Assembly: GCF_000143415.4 (NCBI RefSeq)
Contig: NW_003314276.1
Span: forward strand, 1,199,434 to 1,263,433
Length of the DNA: 64,000 nt
Direction: 5' to 3'
Source: Selaginella moellendorffii
Lineage: Eukaryota; Plantae; Lycopodiophyta
Shown here: positions 48,990 to 62,748 of the stretch, in pieces
How the letters are laid out: every line of letters starts with the position of its first letter
Position numbering within the stretch: position 1 is the stretch's first letter
Program-made: the position numbers and the translations under genes
Notes under the pieces: generated by a model
What the model saw: the letters and a program-made list of their open reading frames with translations, nothing else
Database searches by the model: none
Told to the model about the DNA's origin: nothing

Positions 48990-51900
48990 GCACTTGGGCT
49001 TGGACAATATCAAAGTCATAGACAATGATATCTGAGAGACTAAATTATCAGTAAATATAGCTTAGATTAGAATACAAAAGTATTCCAAATAAGTTATCAT
49101 CTGATAAACTAGTATTACAGTATAGAAACCACCAAGATCACTATAATTGGTAAACATAGGAATCACCATCCAACAAAATTCAATAGCAAATAGATCATCA
49201 AAGAAACTCAATGATGAAACTTAACTATCGAAAATGGCAGATAGTATGCCAAACAACTCACAAAACACAACTCAAAGAACACAAAGTATTATTGAGTAAC
49301 AAGCACAATGCTCGCGAATGTATCACCCGAAGGAAATAATATCCTAATCTATGAGAACTAACTCGAGCAATAATCAACAGAACAAAATAAATGTTGCAAA
49401 GCAAACAAATGCTTGTTCATATTAACCATTGCACTAGCCAATCCGAATAGATCCCAGCCAACAACACTAAGGAACTCAAGTTGCCTAAGCAAGTGTCAGC
49501 AACATCCTACTAATGTCTCAAACCCAAGAGACCAATCCAGAGCAAACCACAAACAACTTGTGGTATTGCAAAAAGCCATAAGCTATCAAAGAGAACAACT
49601 AACCATCATGAAAGATCATTAATCATGCCATCAATAAAAGATATGCAGAATCATCGTCTTAGAAGGAATCCACCATCCCGAAGAATAATAAATCAATCTA
49701 GATCAACAATAATCAAGCAAAAACCTCGTACAAGGATAATCAATTATCCTAGATGATAGTCAATCATCACCAATAATTGTTAAATGCAAATACTAACTTG
49801 TACATCGAAGCTAAAAAGCCAAAAATGCCTTCCCCCCAACAACTTCTAACAAATGGAACAATGAGCATAATAAACTCAAAGGACCAAAAGTTCGAAGAAG
49901 CCTATAGCCAAGTCTTGCCTAACAATGATCACAAGTCTCGCACGAACTAAATTCAATGCTAAAGAAGAAATCATGGTAGAACCACAATATCCCTTTCAAT
50001 ACATCCATAAGCTAACTTTATAATGCGAAAGCTAATGAAGAGCATGTCTGCATCAATCCAAAAGCCAAACATAACAAAGTTATGCTCAATAAGTGATCAT
50101 CTAATCGATCTTCCATGAATCCATCTATAGCAAGACATAGCTCACATCGTAACAAGCACAAGGGGAATCATCAATTATCAATATATTTCAATTCAAACCC
50201 AATAAGGATTCAAACTTTCTAATATTGATCACTAACTCTTTCGCTTGTAAAGTTAGCATAGTCCACGACTGAATCACTTTTCAAGGACAAGCTTAAAGCT
50301 CAACCCTTACTAAACAAACTCATCGAGAACACAACTAACTCAACTTGCCACTCAGTTCATTTGAACGTCAATACAATTGCTAACTAGCAAATGCATGAAT
50401 GCCAACAACACAAAGCTAAAGCCAAATCATCAACACTTTTCATCAAGACTAATGAAACTCAATATCAATCCTAAGGAAAGACATTTCATTTCACTCAAGT
50501 CTCAATATCAACAATATCAATGACAAGGCATCACTTCAATGCCATCAACACCAGGACAAAGCTAGAAGAAAGCAAGAGTGAATCACCACTCGGAGCTTTC
50601 TAGCAACCAAGCTAACCAAAGTTGAAGATACTATACTTAGTATCCGAGACCAATCCTTCAGCAAAACTCAGTGACAGATAACACATCATCAAGGAGTGAA
50701 TCACCACATTCAAGACTCAATGAAATCCAACACTATAGACCATAATGATATCGACAAAAGAATTGATATGCCAACATGGAAAAAACCATGCCAACCTAAT
50801 AACACGATCCTCCGCAACACCATCTAGTAAAGCAAGCCCATCACCGCTAAATCATCATCGAGCAAAGCAAGTGTCAAAAGTCCTTGACGAAGTCTACAAG
50901 TAATCACTAGTCACAAAGCAACTAACAATCACTCCTCAACTTGCCTTCACAAGACCCAAACACCAACTCTTGTCATCAAGTTATATACTTGCCCAATATG
51001 AACGTGATACCCCAGGTACGAGATAAAAGTTCATAGACAAGCACAAACTAAATGACCACTCGAATCCAACTCAACCGCAATAAGCTCACTAAAACATTTA
51101 GCCACTAGCTCTGAGCATGCCTTTGAAGAGGCTAGCTATACAATCAACACTCAGTCGAAACTAAAATGAAAACCATAAGATGGACTCATATCGGTACACA
51201 ACCTCCTTATAGACAAAGCTATAGTATGGGTACCAACATCTCAACCTCAAACAACTAAGTTGGACATCACCATCCTTAGCCAAGGCGTAGGGCCACCAAG
51301 ACCAAGTCAAGATCAGTGAGAGCTCACTACTCTCATAGAGTCTTAACAAAATGCAAGGTGCAACCTGCCACCAAGCATAATGCTACAAAAAAAAGGCACA
51401 AGAGTCACCCTTCTTAGAAAAGTGCAACGGCCATTTTTCTACACCAACTCTAGACTCTATTCAACTCAATTGCTTTAACCACAAAAGTCAATATCCTTTT
51501 CAGGCCGCATCATACAAACTACCCACTAAGGTTTAGGCTAACCAAAGTCAACTCCAACCCCTTCACTAGTTTGTATTGGCTTACGAAAATGGAATGGTTT
51601 TTGGCAAAGTGATCAATGGATCAGCCATTGAAAAAGCCTAAGAAAATTTGTGGAAAATTTTCCATCATAGAGAAAGAATGACTCTCAGTCCAGGAATGCA
51701 AACTTTCAAGACTCAACCAACTTCTGCCTACCTACTACTTCACATAAGTTCACCTCAACACAAATTCTCATGATCTAACAATACGTCTAAGCATCAAACA
51801 TCTTTGCCCATCTAATCGATATCCAACACTGACACCCGCAAAGAGCAAAATGAACATCTAAAGCTTGATCACGAAGACCACATCGTCGGATATCCATATT

Positions 51901-54571
51901 GCACTAACACTCTTCTTCAACCACCTTCAAGATCCAATGTGAAGCCAAAACACTAACAAGAAAAATGACATGGAAAATCAAGCTCTAAGGAAAATTCCTC
52001 ATCACTCGAATCAACAATGCCACTTCCACTAACACAAGTGCTAGTGATGTCAATGTGTCAACCTTACACCTTCTCCATCCAATAATCTACTCCAAGTGCT
52101 AACGAATCAACAGATGAGCTATAGCAAATGAATGCTACAACCCATTCCCAACACCTTATAGGCAAACCCTCAAGGAAACAAGGTACCAACTTAAGCTTAG
52201 CATAATGGACCACCATTGAGAATCCAGTCAAAGCTACTACAATGCTACTTCGTGCAAGTAGACTAGCTTCTCCATCAACCACTTTGGGGGTTGATCATCG
52301 TTTATCTAAGTAACTTCGTAAACACATTGTTTACTATCACATGGATATGATATATAATCACAATGACTTGATCATCAATCGAGCAACACTACGAGCATCA
52401 CCCATGTCACTACTACAAAGGTTTACGTAAATATCAAGTGTCAACTCAATTCAATAAAATGTAACATAAATGCCACACTCCACTGATAGAAATTTATAAC
52501 ACCAAATACCACCAACTTTTGTTCACAACACAGATAAGCTCATGCCACTCTCTTTCTGACCAAACTCAAAACTAATCCAACACCAAGCTACTCAAGGAGC
52601 AATAGCAAGGTTCCCCGGAAAAGAATTGAGCATTGCAACCCAAGTCTTCCAATAGCAAGCTTAGACAAAATGGTATAGCACTTCACCACTATCCATCCCA
52701 CAACTCACCATTGTAAGACCACCATCTCCAACATGCATCTAGATAGGGACTCTTGATTGCATGATGTGAATACAAGCAATGAGTTAACACCAAGCTACTG
52801 CGAATCATTTCTCCAAAAAAGAAGATGATTTACGTATTTGATCCTCCATCCCCGATGACTCTCTTTTCGGTCTCATCTTTGACCAAACCTCAAGCTTGCT
52901 TTCGCACTGCCTTCAGTTCAATCGAAGAAAAGTTTATGAGAGAGCACGGCCATGATTACTTGAACCAATAGATTAATCCCTATAGTCTTGATTGATCCAC
53001 TTATAATCATGCCTAGGAAAGATCCACTAGTGCCGTGCTAAACAGCTACGGACCAGCCTATTTGCCACTCATAGCAAACTCAGGGAAAGTTTACTTTCAC
53101 CCACGGTACATGGAACAACTCATGGAACCACCGATAGACTAACATTAATCCTGCCAACTCAAAGTGTAACCTCGAGTTGCTAATGTGCCTCACTCACGAG
53201 CTCAAGCTTAAACTCGTGCTACCGGAACAACTCAAATCCATCCTATGAGCCCAAGCGCAAGCTCACATCATAAGGTACAATAAGGTAACAATATCCATAC
53301 CCAAGGAACCAATTGCAAAGCCTTTGCACCCAAATGTGTACCCACTCGGATCATCGTTTTCATCTCTGCGTATGCAACAAGACTAGTTGCCCAATCTCAT
53401 TGAATAGTACTTGCTGAGACTCATCCTCTGATACCAAATGTAGCGCATGTGGTTTTGACCCTTTATCCTATGGTGATCTACCATAGGATAACACCACAAA
53501 GCGGAACCTAAACCCTCTTTGTGCCACGTGACAGATGCCACATGTCACATGCCACGTGTCTATAGGAACCCGAGGTTCAGGGCCTTGGGCCACTGAACGA
53601 AGGAACAGTGCCAAACTCCCAAGCTGGAGCCAAGGAGTGATGGAACTGAACCACGGAGCAACTCCCAAGCATTTAGCCCAAGGAGCAAAGGGACAGAAGC
53701 CCGAAGCGACTTGGAACAGTCCTAGAGCAACCAGTATTCTAATGCCAGGACCAACACGCAAAACAGAGCCAAATGGAGTCTGGCACTATTTCGGCATACT
53801 GGTGGCCTAACGTGAGGATATAGGTACTCCACCAGCTAGCATGGAATGGAACTTAGGCTTAGACCCAAGCTGGACGCAGAACAAGGACAGACACGCAAGC
53901 GGGAGCTAGACTATGCCTCAGGTTGGTCAGCCATACCCGACCTACCCACTATCCCTACTATACATTTGGAACCCCCCATAGCCCCCCCCCCCCCTTGAGG
54001 AACACACGCTTTGGGCTTTCACCCCAAGCCTCCCTTAGTACCAGAAGTTAGTCTCTGGGACAAGCTCAAAACTTACTAAATATGGAATGTCCTTAGATTA
54101 TGAATTTGGACATGGGACGAACACCATTGTGTTCGGGCCGATCTCTACATTCCGTAGATATGCCAAATGAGCAAATCTAGACACTTTCCAGAAATAGCAT
54201 TTGGGACCGAAATGAGACTAACACAAAGGGCATGATAGTGAGGGTGTTTGGCAGACATGGTAAGTTATCATATAGCGAATATTGAGGGACCAAGCTCAAT
54301 ATCGCGGGGGTTCCCAACACTAGCAAGTGCAAGTCAACGAATGAGTTTCTCTAACCAGGTCAAGTATGCTTGACTAATAACACTTAGGAATTCCGTCCTT
54401 ATGCCCATCTGGTCAAGTGCACACGCGAGGACCAGTTTCTCAACTAGCTTAGGCGGAGACTAATAACGGGTCCAGCAATACCGACCTCCTGCCATCGTGG
54501 CAGTAAGGTAAGAGTGTCCGTAAGGACTGGCCGACAAGTAACTTTCGATACCTGAAGTCACATTCGCGACA
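48990..54571 (-). mobile_element. Truncated element of the same family: 5' LTR (53439-54571), PBS and decayed internal region
   Basis: PBS complement CTCTGATACCA at ~53426-53436 abuts the LTR. The LTR is followed by CTTAT and the same ~430-bp flank as at 48563-48989. The internal region has no long ORF. Confidence 0.85.
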
Positions 54572-57500
54572 CTTATGTATAAAATCATATTACGCTAATC
54601 AGATGACTTGTTAAGCGAGATTAGCAAGTTGGAGGGAACAAAGTTGAAAGTGTTGACTTCAAAAAGGGGTGGCCCATAGGGCCAAGCATGGAGGAGTTCA
54701 TGCATGATCACAGACTTGTCAAGTGAAAGGACTTAGCAGTTTGAACAAATAAGTTCTTGAGTTATGATCCATAACACAGTTTAGGTATAAGTTGGTGTAC
54801 CAGTGTGGAGAGTCACACTAGACATCCTGGGTGATGCTGTCCATATATGCATATATAGAGGTTGGGTTCGAGTCCCAACCCTTTAGTGCTTGGGTTTGAA
54901 TCCTAACTCATTAGGGCATGGCAATAGTTTAGAATATGAGGACACTTATTTTTCGATGGTCATAGACTCTTAGTGAGGAGACTGGCTTGGGCACACCACC
55001 AAGCAGGGGATGCCCTAGAGTTGTGATAAACAATTAGATTACTTAGTGTGAAAGCTCAGCATAATTAACTTGAATACTTTGGTGCAAGTGGCACCAAAGA
55101 TGTGGTGAATGAGATGGGGACACCCAATCTCAATTGCTATGGACCCTTGGCCGGAAAGGCTGGCTTGGGCACACCGCCAAGTAAGGGGGATGCCTCTAGG
55201 ATCATGGTAAACAAGTTAAGGGTTTGGAAGACTTAGTACTTATTAGCAAATTTGTTAAGGTGTCAAAGTTACATCAATAGGTGATTTTATAGCTAAAACA
55301 AAGACAAAGTCCTTGTGAGGTTGAGGAATAAAGTTCTTAGTTTAAAGTGTTGATTTGAACTATTGATAATGGTATGACTTCGTCGAAGTGACCAAGTGGG
55401 AAAGATACCTAAAGGAAATGAACTACAACAATGCAATGGTATTACGAGCTTAAGAAAGGGATTTATGGGTAGGTTGCTAGGTTAAGCCGTGCATAGAGCA
55501 CATAATAGAAAATGCTAAAACGACCTACTAAGGGTGAACACCCCTTGAACTTAGTAAAGTAGAGCTTTTGCTATGGAACGAAAAGGATATCTCAAGGATG
55601 GAGGTAGTGATCTTATGTTGCTTGGTGCAACAATCAATGGATATAAACAAAATACTAGTGGCCAAATTTGGGCCATGCAAGTCATTGGAAGAAATCTAAA
55701 TAATAAAGTTGAGTAAGGAACAATTAGGTGTTGAATGCTAATGCATCATGGGAAAGAGAATTTTTCAAGGATGGATTTCCAAATGCTCCAACTTAGCAAA
55801 GGTGAAAGCTCGAGAGGAAAGAGCGGCAAGGTAGCCAAATGATAGGGCCATGGATAGCCCTAGCACAAATTATGGAAAAATGAAACTTAATGCCTAAAGT
55901 GGCACAAAATAGGAGAGTGGATGATGGTGCCCTCAAGTAAAGAACTTCTTGAAATGGGGAAATGGAGTTTGCACAACACATGCAATACAAAGTGTCAGAA
56001 ACATGTAGGAAATTGACTTTGAGACATCAAAATTAAAAGTTCCAAGGTGTGATAGTTATGCTGGTAAAGGCCAAGGCTACTCTTAAATGAATAGTCAAAT
56101 TGAAATAGAGAAGGGGGTGTCGCTCATGTGGCAAGGATTGTCAGGGAAGAGCTACATGCTGGGCCTCAACAACGTGGTGGAGCATAGCGACAAGGTTGAA
56201 AGTGTGATGAGATCACCAAGAAGACAATCATCCTTCCGGACAATGACGACAATAACCATTGCCTGCAACAGTGTGGTAATGAGTAGGAGTGGCAGCCATA
56301 GGAGAAGAATGCTTTCAATACATTAAAAACCTCTCATAATGCAGGATTCTTTAATTAGATAGTGAATTAATTTTTTAAAAAAATTGTATCATTCTTAAGA
56401 ATCATTGAAAATATGAAAGTGTGTCATTGTAAAAAAAAGTAGTTTTTTTATAGAAACTGAAAGTACTTGTAGGATATGTCCACAGCAGATGTTGAGTTTG
56501 GTATTATACTCTTTAGACATATCCTTGGAAAACTAAAACCATCCAGTCTAGTCCAGTCTCACTATATATAGTCCAATGAGTGTTTTTTAAAGCACCACCT
56601 AAGCACCATCGTTCTCAAGAAATGAAAACTTCATGACAAGCTATAGATGTGAGGCTTAAGTAGGCCTTTAAGCAATTAGTAGAATTCCTTTGCAAGTCCA
56701 ACAATTCTGGCACAATATGAGCAATTGAAAAATGCAATGCAAAAACTATGGCTTCACTATAGCTCAATTTCAATATTAAGTAATGCTGAAATCAAGTTTT
56801 GCAACACAATTTCACAATTATTAGAAGAACACAAAGCAACACAATAGTGAGAATTTTTTTCATACAAACTGTCTTTATAAATTGTGTTGATGTTTGTATT
56901 CTATTAATTATGTTGTAAGTTGTTCTTATAAATTATGCTGCAATGCAGTTACACAAAAAATTCAATAGTATCTTGTGTAAGCCAAGTAACATTCTTTTAT
57001 GTTGCATTTTTTTAAAACTAAAAATTTAATTAATTTATTTTATATAGAAAAAGGAAAACATTTTATTTCAAGAATTACATTTGATTTGATGTTTCATTTT
57101 TAATAAGTTGTTCTATTTTCACAAAAATATTCAAATATAATTTCTAATACTAAGTTGTTATTTAGACTTTAGTAAGTTATTACCTATTGTGACAAGGGAA
57201 CTTTAAAATGTGAGAAATTAGTAAATGCTAACATTTCAAATTTGAGATGATATTAATTTTAATTTTAATTGACCAGATTCTCACATTATCAAGATGAGTC
57301 AATGCAACATTAGTTTCCTTTCCTAATTAAATTTTTTAATTGTAACATAAAATTTTAATTTAAAATAACAAATTGAGACAGCTTTTTCATAAAAACTCAA
57401 AATAACCTTATTCTTTATAATTTGAATAAGTAGACAATATTTGTCATTGTATAGATTATGACATATTCACTTAAATACATCAACTAAAACATTTTTATAC

Positions 57501-58665
57501 TTAATAAAGAGCATTAGCATCAGCTATAATCATGTTATCAACATCCACCACAATATTTATATTCTTTATGAATTTTGAAACCAGAATAAAATCATATTAT
57601 AATCAAAAATTATTTATATATATATATTTTTTATAAAAAAACATTGAACCAATAAAATCTCCTTTTAATTTATACCTATTATGAAAAATTAAAATTATAA
57701 AATAAATTTAAGTTACATAAATTTAAATATTTTAATAGGTTTAAATTTAACTAAATCTATAGAAAAATTTAAATTTTACATGGATATTAATTATGAAATA
57801 AGAAAGCATGCAGCAACACTTGGTTTGCTTAATCCTATTTATTAATCCAATTAATCAAATGGAAGTTTATAATTATAAGCATGTTTATAATTTATAAACA
57901 CAAGATTAATCTAAAAATGTCAATTTAGAACATAATCTTATTTTTAACAAGAGATGATTTTGGTAAGTTATTTATAAAAGGCTAAAAAAGTAACTGTTCA
58001 TAAAGAATGGAGTTTTTTATGCTTCCAAAAAAAATATGAACTTAACTTGTCAAATTTTGTATATTTAAGTTCAAAAAACACATCTATCATCTTTCTTTAA
58101 GAAAAAATGCAGTCTTAATTATCATAAATCATTTATATTGTGTTTATGGTAGGCCAAACCAAATAGCTGAAATCTAAAACAGAAGGAGTCTTGTCAGGGA
58201 TTACAACTTGTAGAATGCTTTGTTGAGAAGTCATTCATTGTTGGCCCACTTATCTTCTATCATGTGGACTCCAGTGCTCTATATTCTGATTAGCTTATTC
58301 ATGTCCTTCAAAGTCTTTCTATCTAAATTCCATGTTCTTAATGTGCATATCAATCTCAAAACTTCATTTCTAATCATGATCCATCTAGGGAAGAGATTTG
58401 TTTTCTAGTGGGGAACTGAGCTAAGGATCAGTCTCAAGTTTTGTCTAAGAAGTTTTCTCAGTTTCATAAATCGAAAGCGGTGATGCAGTTGGTAAAATTG
58501 TTCCTTTGTTGTGGATTGGTTTCTGTTACTGGAGTCATCACCCTAACTCATAGCACTAGCATTCTTTCATGAATGTATTAAAGTGGGTATGCATAATATT
58601 AGCTTCTCATGAAGTTTGGCTGATATGTGTTTCTGATTTTCCAACACATCAAATGATAGGGTGCA

Positions 58666-60385
58666 TGTTAGGTGCCAGATTTGACCACGTGGTCAACATC
58701 AGTCAAAGAAGGGTATATTAAGGCATGTTAGGGTAAAGGACTTAACCTACCCTAGGGCTCACAGTGGAGCGGCAGTGCAGTGGAGCTTTTAAGGTGGTCT
58801 AGGGGTGGTTGGGTGGTGAGAGGTGGTGTAGTATAGTCTAGGGCAATTAGATCTTTGTCTTTTTGTGCCGGTTTATAACATTGGTATTAGAGGAGTTGGT
58901 TGTGATGGCTGACCAAGTCGAACGCTAGAATCCTATTGTTGATGGTGGTGCCAAAGATGGTGCTAACGAAGTTGTAGAGATTTGGACCATTTTGTTCATG
59001 AGCTATAAGCCCTTAATCGAAATCAGCAAAAGATGCAAGACGAGATGCATGGCATGATGGATACCATGCGTGGCATGTTGAGGCACTCAAGGCTAGACGT
59101 GGTAGCGCTCCAAGTAAGCCTTCCTTGGTAGATTGACTCAAGATTCCAACCTTTTCCAGTGATGGTGGTGTGGATGAATGTCTTGCTTGGCTATATGAAA
59201 AAGTTCTTGGCTATTATGGGAAACTCCAGATGTAGAGGCTTTAGTGGCTATTCCAATGGTTTTGCATGATCTGGGTCTTCAGTGGTGGAATTGGCTTAAA
59301 GAGTCTCGTATTACAAATGAGAAACCACTAGTGTTTACCATGAACGAGTTTTTTTGCCCCTCACTACGATGTGGAGAATGCTTGCATAGAACTTTGACAT
59401 TTTCAACAAGGGAAAACTGATGCTCGGGGACTATATTGAAAAGCTTACTTACTTGATTAGCTATGTTCCAACGAAGGATCCAAATCAAAACAAGTCCTAC
59501 TTCATTTATGGCCTTCATAGTGAAAGCATGCGGCAACACTTGTGTCATTCTCAGCCTACAAAGAGTTTGGAAGAGTTCTTTGATGCGGCCCCTTAACAAT
59601 GACAAGCACAAATCTTGCAAGCATTTGCAAAGTCCTTCTATTAAGAATTGTCGTGATGATTGCCATAGTCACAAAGATGGGAACAAGCACCACAAGTTGA
59701 AGTTTGTGGTGACTACTTTGGATGCAAAGAAGTCTAAGAAGCAGAAGTTCTTTATGAAGAATTATAGACAAGATTTTCATCATTGTGGCAAGCTTGGACA
59801 CTACAAGGCTAATTGTCCATAGCTGAAGAACAAGCAGCAAGGCAAGAAGAATGACCAATCTTCTACTGACGGGAGGTCAAATACTAAAAAGTTGCAAACT
59901 TCGCAGCATGAGGATGACAGGGATGACCATTCCGGTTGGAGGAAGAAGCTTTTAATCGTTTCTCGTTAACTCAACTATGTGTGGAACAAGATGGAGCTCG
60001 AGGATACTCGTGAATCAGCTTTAATGCTGGAGGGCGTGTTCCATGGCGGTCCAATGCAGATTTTGCTGGATAGATGGAGCAATGATAACTTTGTTTCGGC
60101 AAAGTTTGTTATGGAGCATGGCCGGGTCACATGAGGAGTTCTTCCATACATGGTGGAAAGTGCAATTACCTCTGCTTAGCATTTTGATGCTTGTGTAGAG
60201 GCTAGAAGTGTTGGTTGGTAAAACCACACTTATGGAGACTTTTTATCTCGCGGATATCTATCATGTGGATCTCATCTCCATAACAACAAATTTTATGTGA
60301 AGAAGAGCTAATGTGAGTTTGCAAAGTGGAAGGTGGAATATCTAAACCATATTGTAACATCTAAGGGTGTCAAGATGGATCCCAA
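58666..60385 (+). mobile_element. 5' part of a second copy of the 41069 gypsy family, internally deleted and interrupted
   Basis: LTR 58666-58880 and PBS TGGTATTAGAG. Homologous to 41287-42713, then jumps to the equivalent of ~43590 (~0.9 kb deletion at ~60276). Confidence 0.9.
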
Positions 60386-62748
60386 TGTAGCGCATGTGAT
60401 CATGGGATGAGATTTGGATATACTATCACTGTGGATCCTTAGAACCTTGGGGGATAAATGGTGATAAAATAGCCACTAAGGGCTCTCTCATCAAGCAATT
60501 GCCCCTTTTCCAGTTGGCTTAAGGGGAGAGAGATAAGGTGTGCTACATTTGGTATCAGAGAAATTGTCTTAGCAATACCTATCCAACTTTTGTCGGATTT
60601 TCTAACTCAAGTTGCATATGCAGAGACTTTTCTAGTAGATCCGAAGCGACCTATGTAGGATTAGTTGGATAACACCATTTGGTAAAAACGTTGTATGCAT
60701 GTTCAATTACTGATAGAGGCATGCATGTAGCTAGCAGGATGGTGAAGAGGAACCATGCTGATGACGCTGAAACCTCTAGATGGGCGAATTGAGAGGAGGA
60801 AACTTCTGCTAGAGATGCTGCAGAAGAGGCTAAGGCCGAGTCAGAAGAGGAAGAGCCAAATGCTGCGGCATTGCAGCATACGGCTCAGGAAGTGGAGATT
60901 GAGAATTTGCGAAGGGAAGTTTGCAAATTGAAGAAGGAGAACAAGAAGAGGAAGAAAGAAGCTGAGGCAGTTAAACCAGCTAAACCTAAGCAACCGGACT
61001 CCTCTTCAAGTTTTGAGGACGATGAAGTTCTGCAGCCACCCCTGGTTGCACGAGTTTCAAAGTTCAAGCCTCCAAAACCACCCAATTTCAGAAGCATGCG
61101 AGACTATCAGGTTTTGGAAGACTGGGTTTACGATATGGAAATTTATTTCATAGTGGCAGACGTAGATGATCGTACGAAAGTTGCGTGCGCGCAATCCTTT
61201 CTTACCGATCATGCCAAAACTTGTTGGCGCCAGGTGTGTGCTAAAAAAGGGTAGACTAGAAGTTGGACCAAGATGCGGTCTCGTATCCGTAAGGAATACT
61301 TGCCGGATGATCTTGGTTTGAGACTTCGTGCGGAGCTGCGACGATTAAAGCAGCGTGGGGACCTTATGCATTACGTTAATGCATTTGCTCAGAAGCGCAT
61401 TATGATTGCAAATATGAGTGACGAAGATGCTCGGAGTTATTTTTTGGAGGGTTTAAGTTCATTTTCTCGCAATGAGATTTTGAAGTTTAAGCCGAAGACA
61501 TACCTGGAGTGTAAGGAGGTAGCACAGCAAGTTGCTTTTAGTCACTTGCTCATGGAACAATATCATCAACCACATGTTAGTAACTCAGATAAGAATAGAA
61601 ATTCTGGGAATAAGCAAGGTGATCAGAAACAAAGGGTGGAAAGTAGGTACCGCCCTGGGGGCTCACAAGCTACAGTTAACAAAGGTGGTGGTGGTTGGAG
61701 ACCACCAGCTGCTTCTTCTAGTCCTAGGCCCTCTGTTCCTCCTCTTGGTGGGTACAAGCAGCAGCAACTTGCAAAACCTACTCCTAGTAGAATGGGTAGT
61801 GTGGGTCATTGCTTCCATTGTGGAGAGTCGGGACATAGGTCCTCGGAATGTCCCAACAAGCATAAGACAAGGTCTCGTGTTAATGTCATGAGGGAAGACG
61901 GTGGTGGTGAAGCTGAAGGGGTTGATGAGTTGGTCAATGCAGACTATGAGGAAGAAGAGGTGAGTAACTTTCGTTGCTTTCCTCAATCTTTTCTTGTAGT
62001 CAATGCAAACACTGATCTGTTGATGTATCTGGTAGGCTTTGTCCATGGACACTGAATTCGAGTGATGATTGACACAAGAGCTACGCACAGTGTGATATCC
62101 GAAGACTTAGTTAAGTTGTTAGGATTGAATGCTGAGCAAATGTCTCCTATGCACTTCCGGTTTGCAGAAGGTGGGCAAGTAGCCAGAAAGTTTGTGAGTG
62201 ATGTTCCAATGAAAATATCCAAGTGGAAAGAAAGAGTGGACTTAGTAGTGTTGAAGATACCAGATTTTCAGATGGTGTTTGGTATGGACTTCTTCAACAA
62301 ATAAATAAAAGGGATTTATGGTGCTGGACAACGTCGTATCATGTTGAAATCAAAAGGACGTCCCGTTGTATCCTTCCAGTTGCAAAAGCATTCCTCAAAG
62401 GATTGGGATGCAAAGTTCCTGATTGCGAGGGACGCTCAAAAAGCAGCTAAGAAGGGATGTTGGACCTTTTGGGTTTAAGTGATGGAAGCTGAGGGTGTTG
62501 GTGACTCAGTTTGAATCGGCGACGGGGTTGACCCTGTACCAAAGAAGATATTGGAGTTGTTGGTGAGGAATCAGGATATCTTCCCAAAGGATTTGCCATC
62601 AGGGTTACATCCTAGCCATGAGGTTGATCATTAGATTGAGGTTATTCCAAGTTCTAAACCACCTATGAAAGCTCCATATCGGTTGAACATCAAGGAGATG
62701 GCTGAACTCAAGAAGCAACTCATAGAGCTTCTTGACAAAGGTCATATC
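60386..62748 (+). mobile_element. Ty3/gypsy element with 162-bp LTR; gag-protease with few stops, interrupted before RT
   Basis: LTR 60386-60547 (TGTAGCGCA...TGCTACA) and PBS TGGTATCAGAG at 60550-60560. Gag motifs LRRLKQRG and CFHCGESGHRSSEC, protease MIDTRATHSVIS, and pre-RT APYRL...[15 protein letters not shown]. Confidence 0.92.
60739..62055 (+). pseudogene. gag: Retrotransposon Gag with CCHC zinc knuckle
   Basis: ORFs 60871-61254 and 61273-62055 are in one frame, split by single stops; zinc knuckle present. Confidence 0.85.

Larger units (their letters stand above)
16472..56090 (+). mobile_element. Old copy of a large non-autonomous (LARD-like) LTR element, host of later insertions; 3' LTR missing
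   Basis: 5' LTR is 16472-18156 (TGTGAGACAC...CTTACA) with a tRNA-Met-type PBS (TGGTATCGAAG) at ~18160. The internal sequence matches 32391-36130 in order, in pieces 18157-18497, 40798-41068, 45833-47429, 48563-48989 and 54572-~56090. Confidence 0.88.

Noticed and set aside
56087-56326. 79-aa ORF as a host gene (PPR-like) fragment
   Set aside because: No convincing motif; too short to support.
58190-58540. Possible LINE endonuclease remnant on the minus strand (LRTWNL...IEDKW)
   Set aside because: Only a weak 3-residue motif with stops and no accompanying RT.
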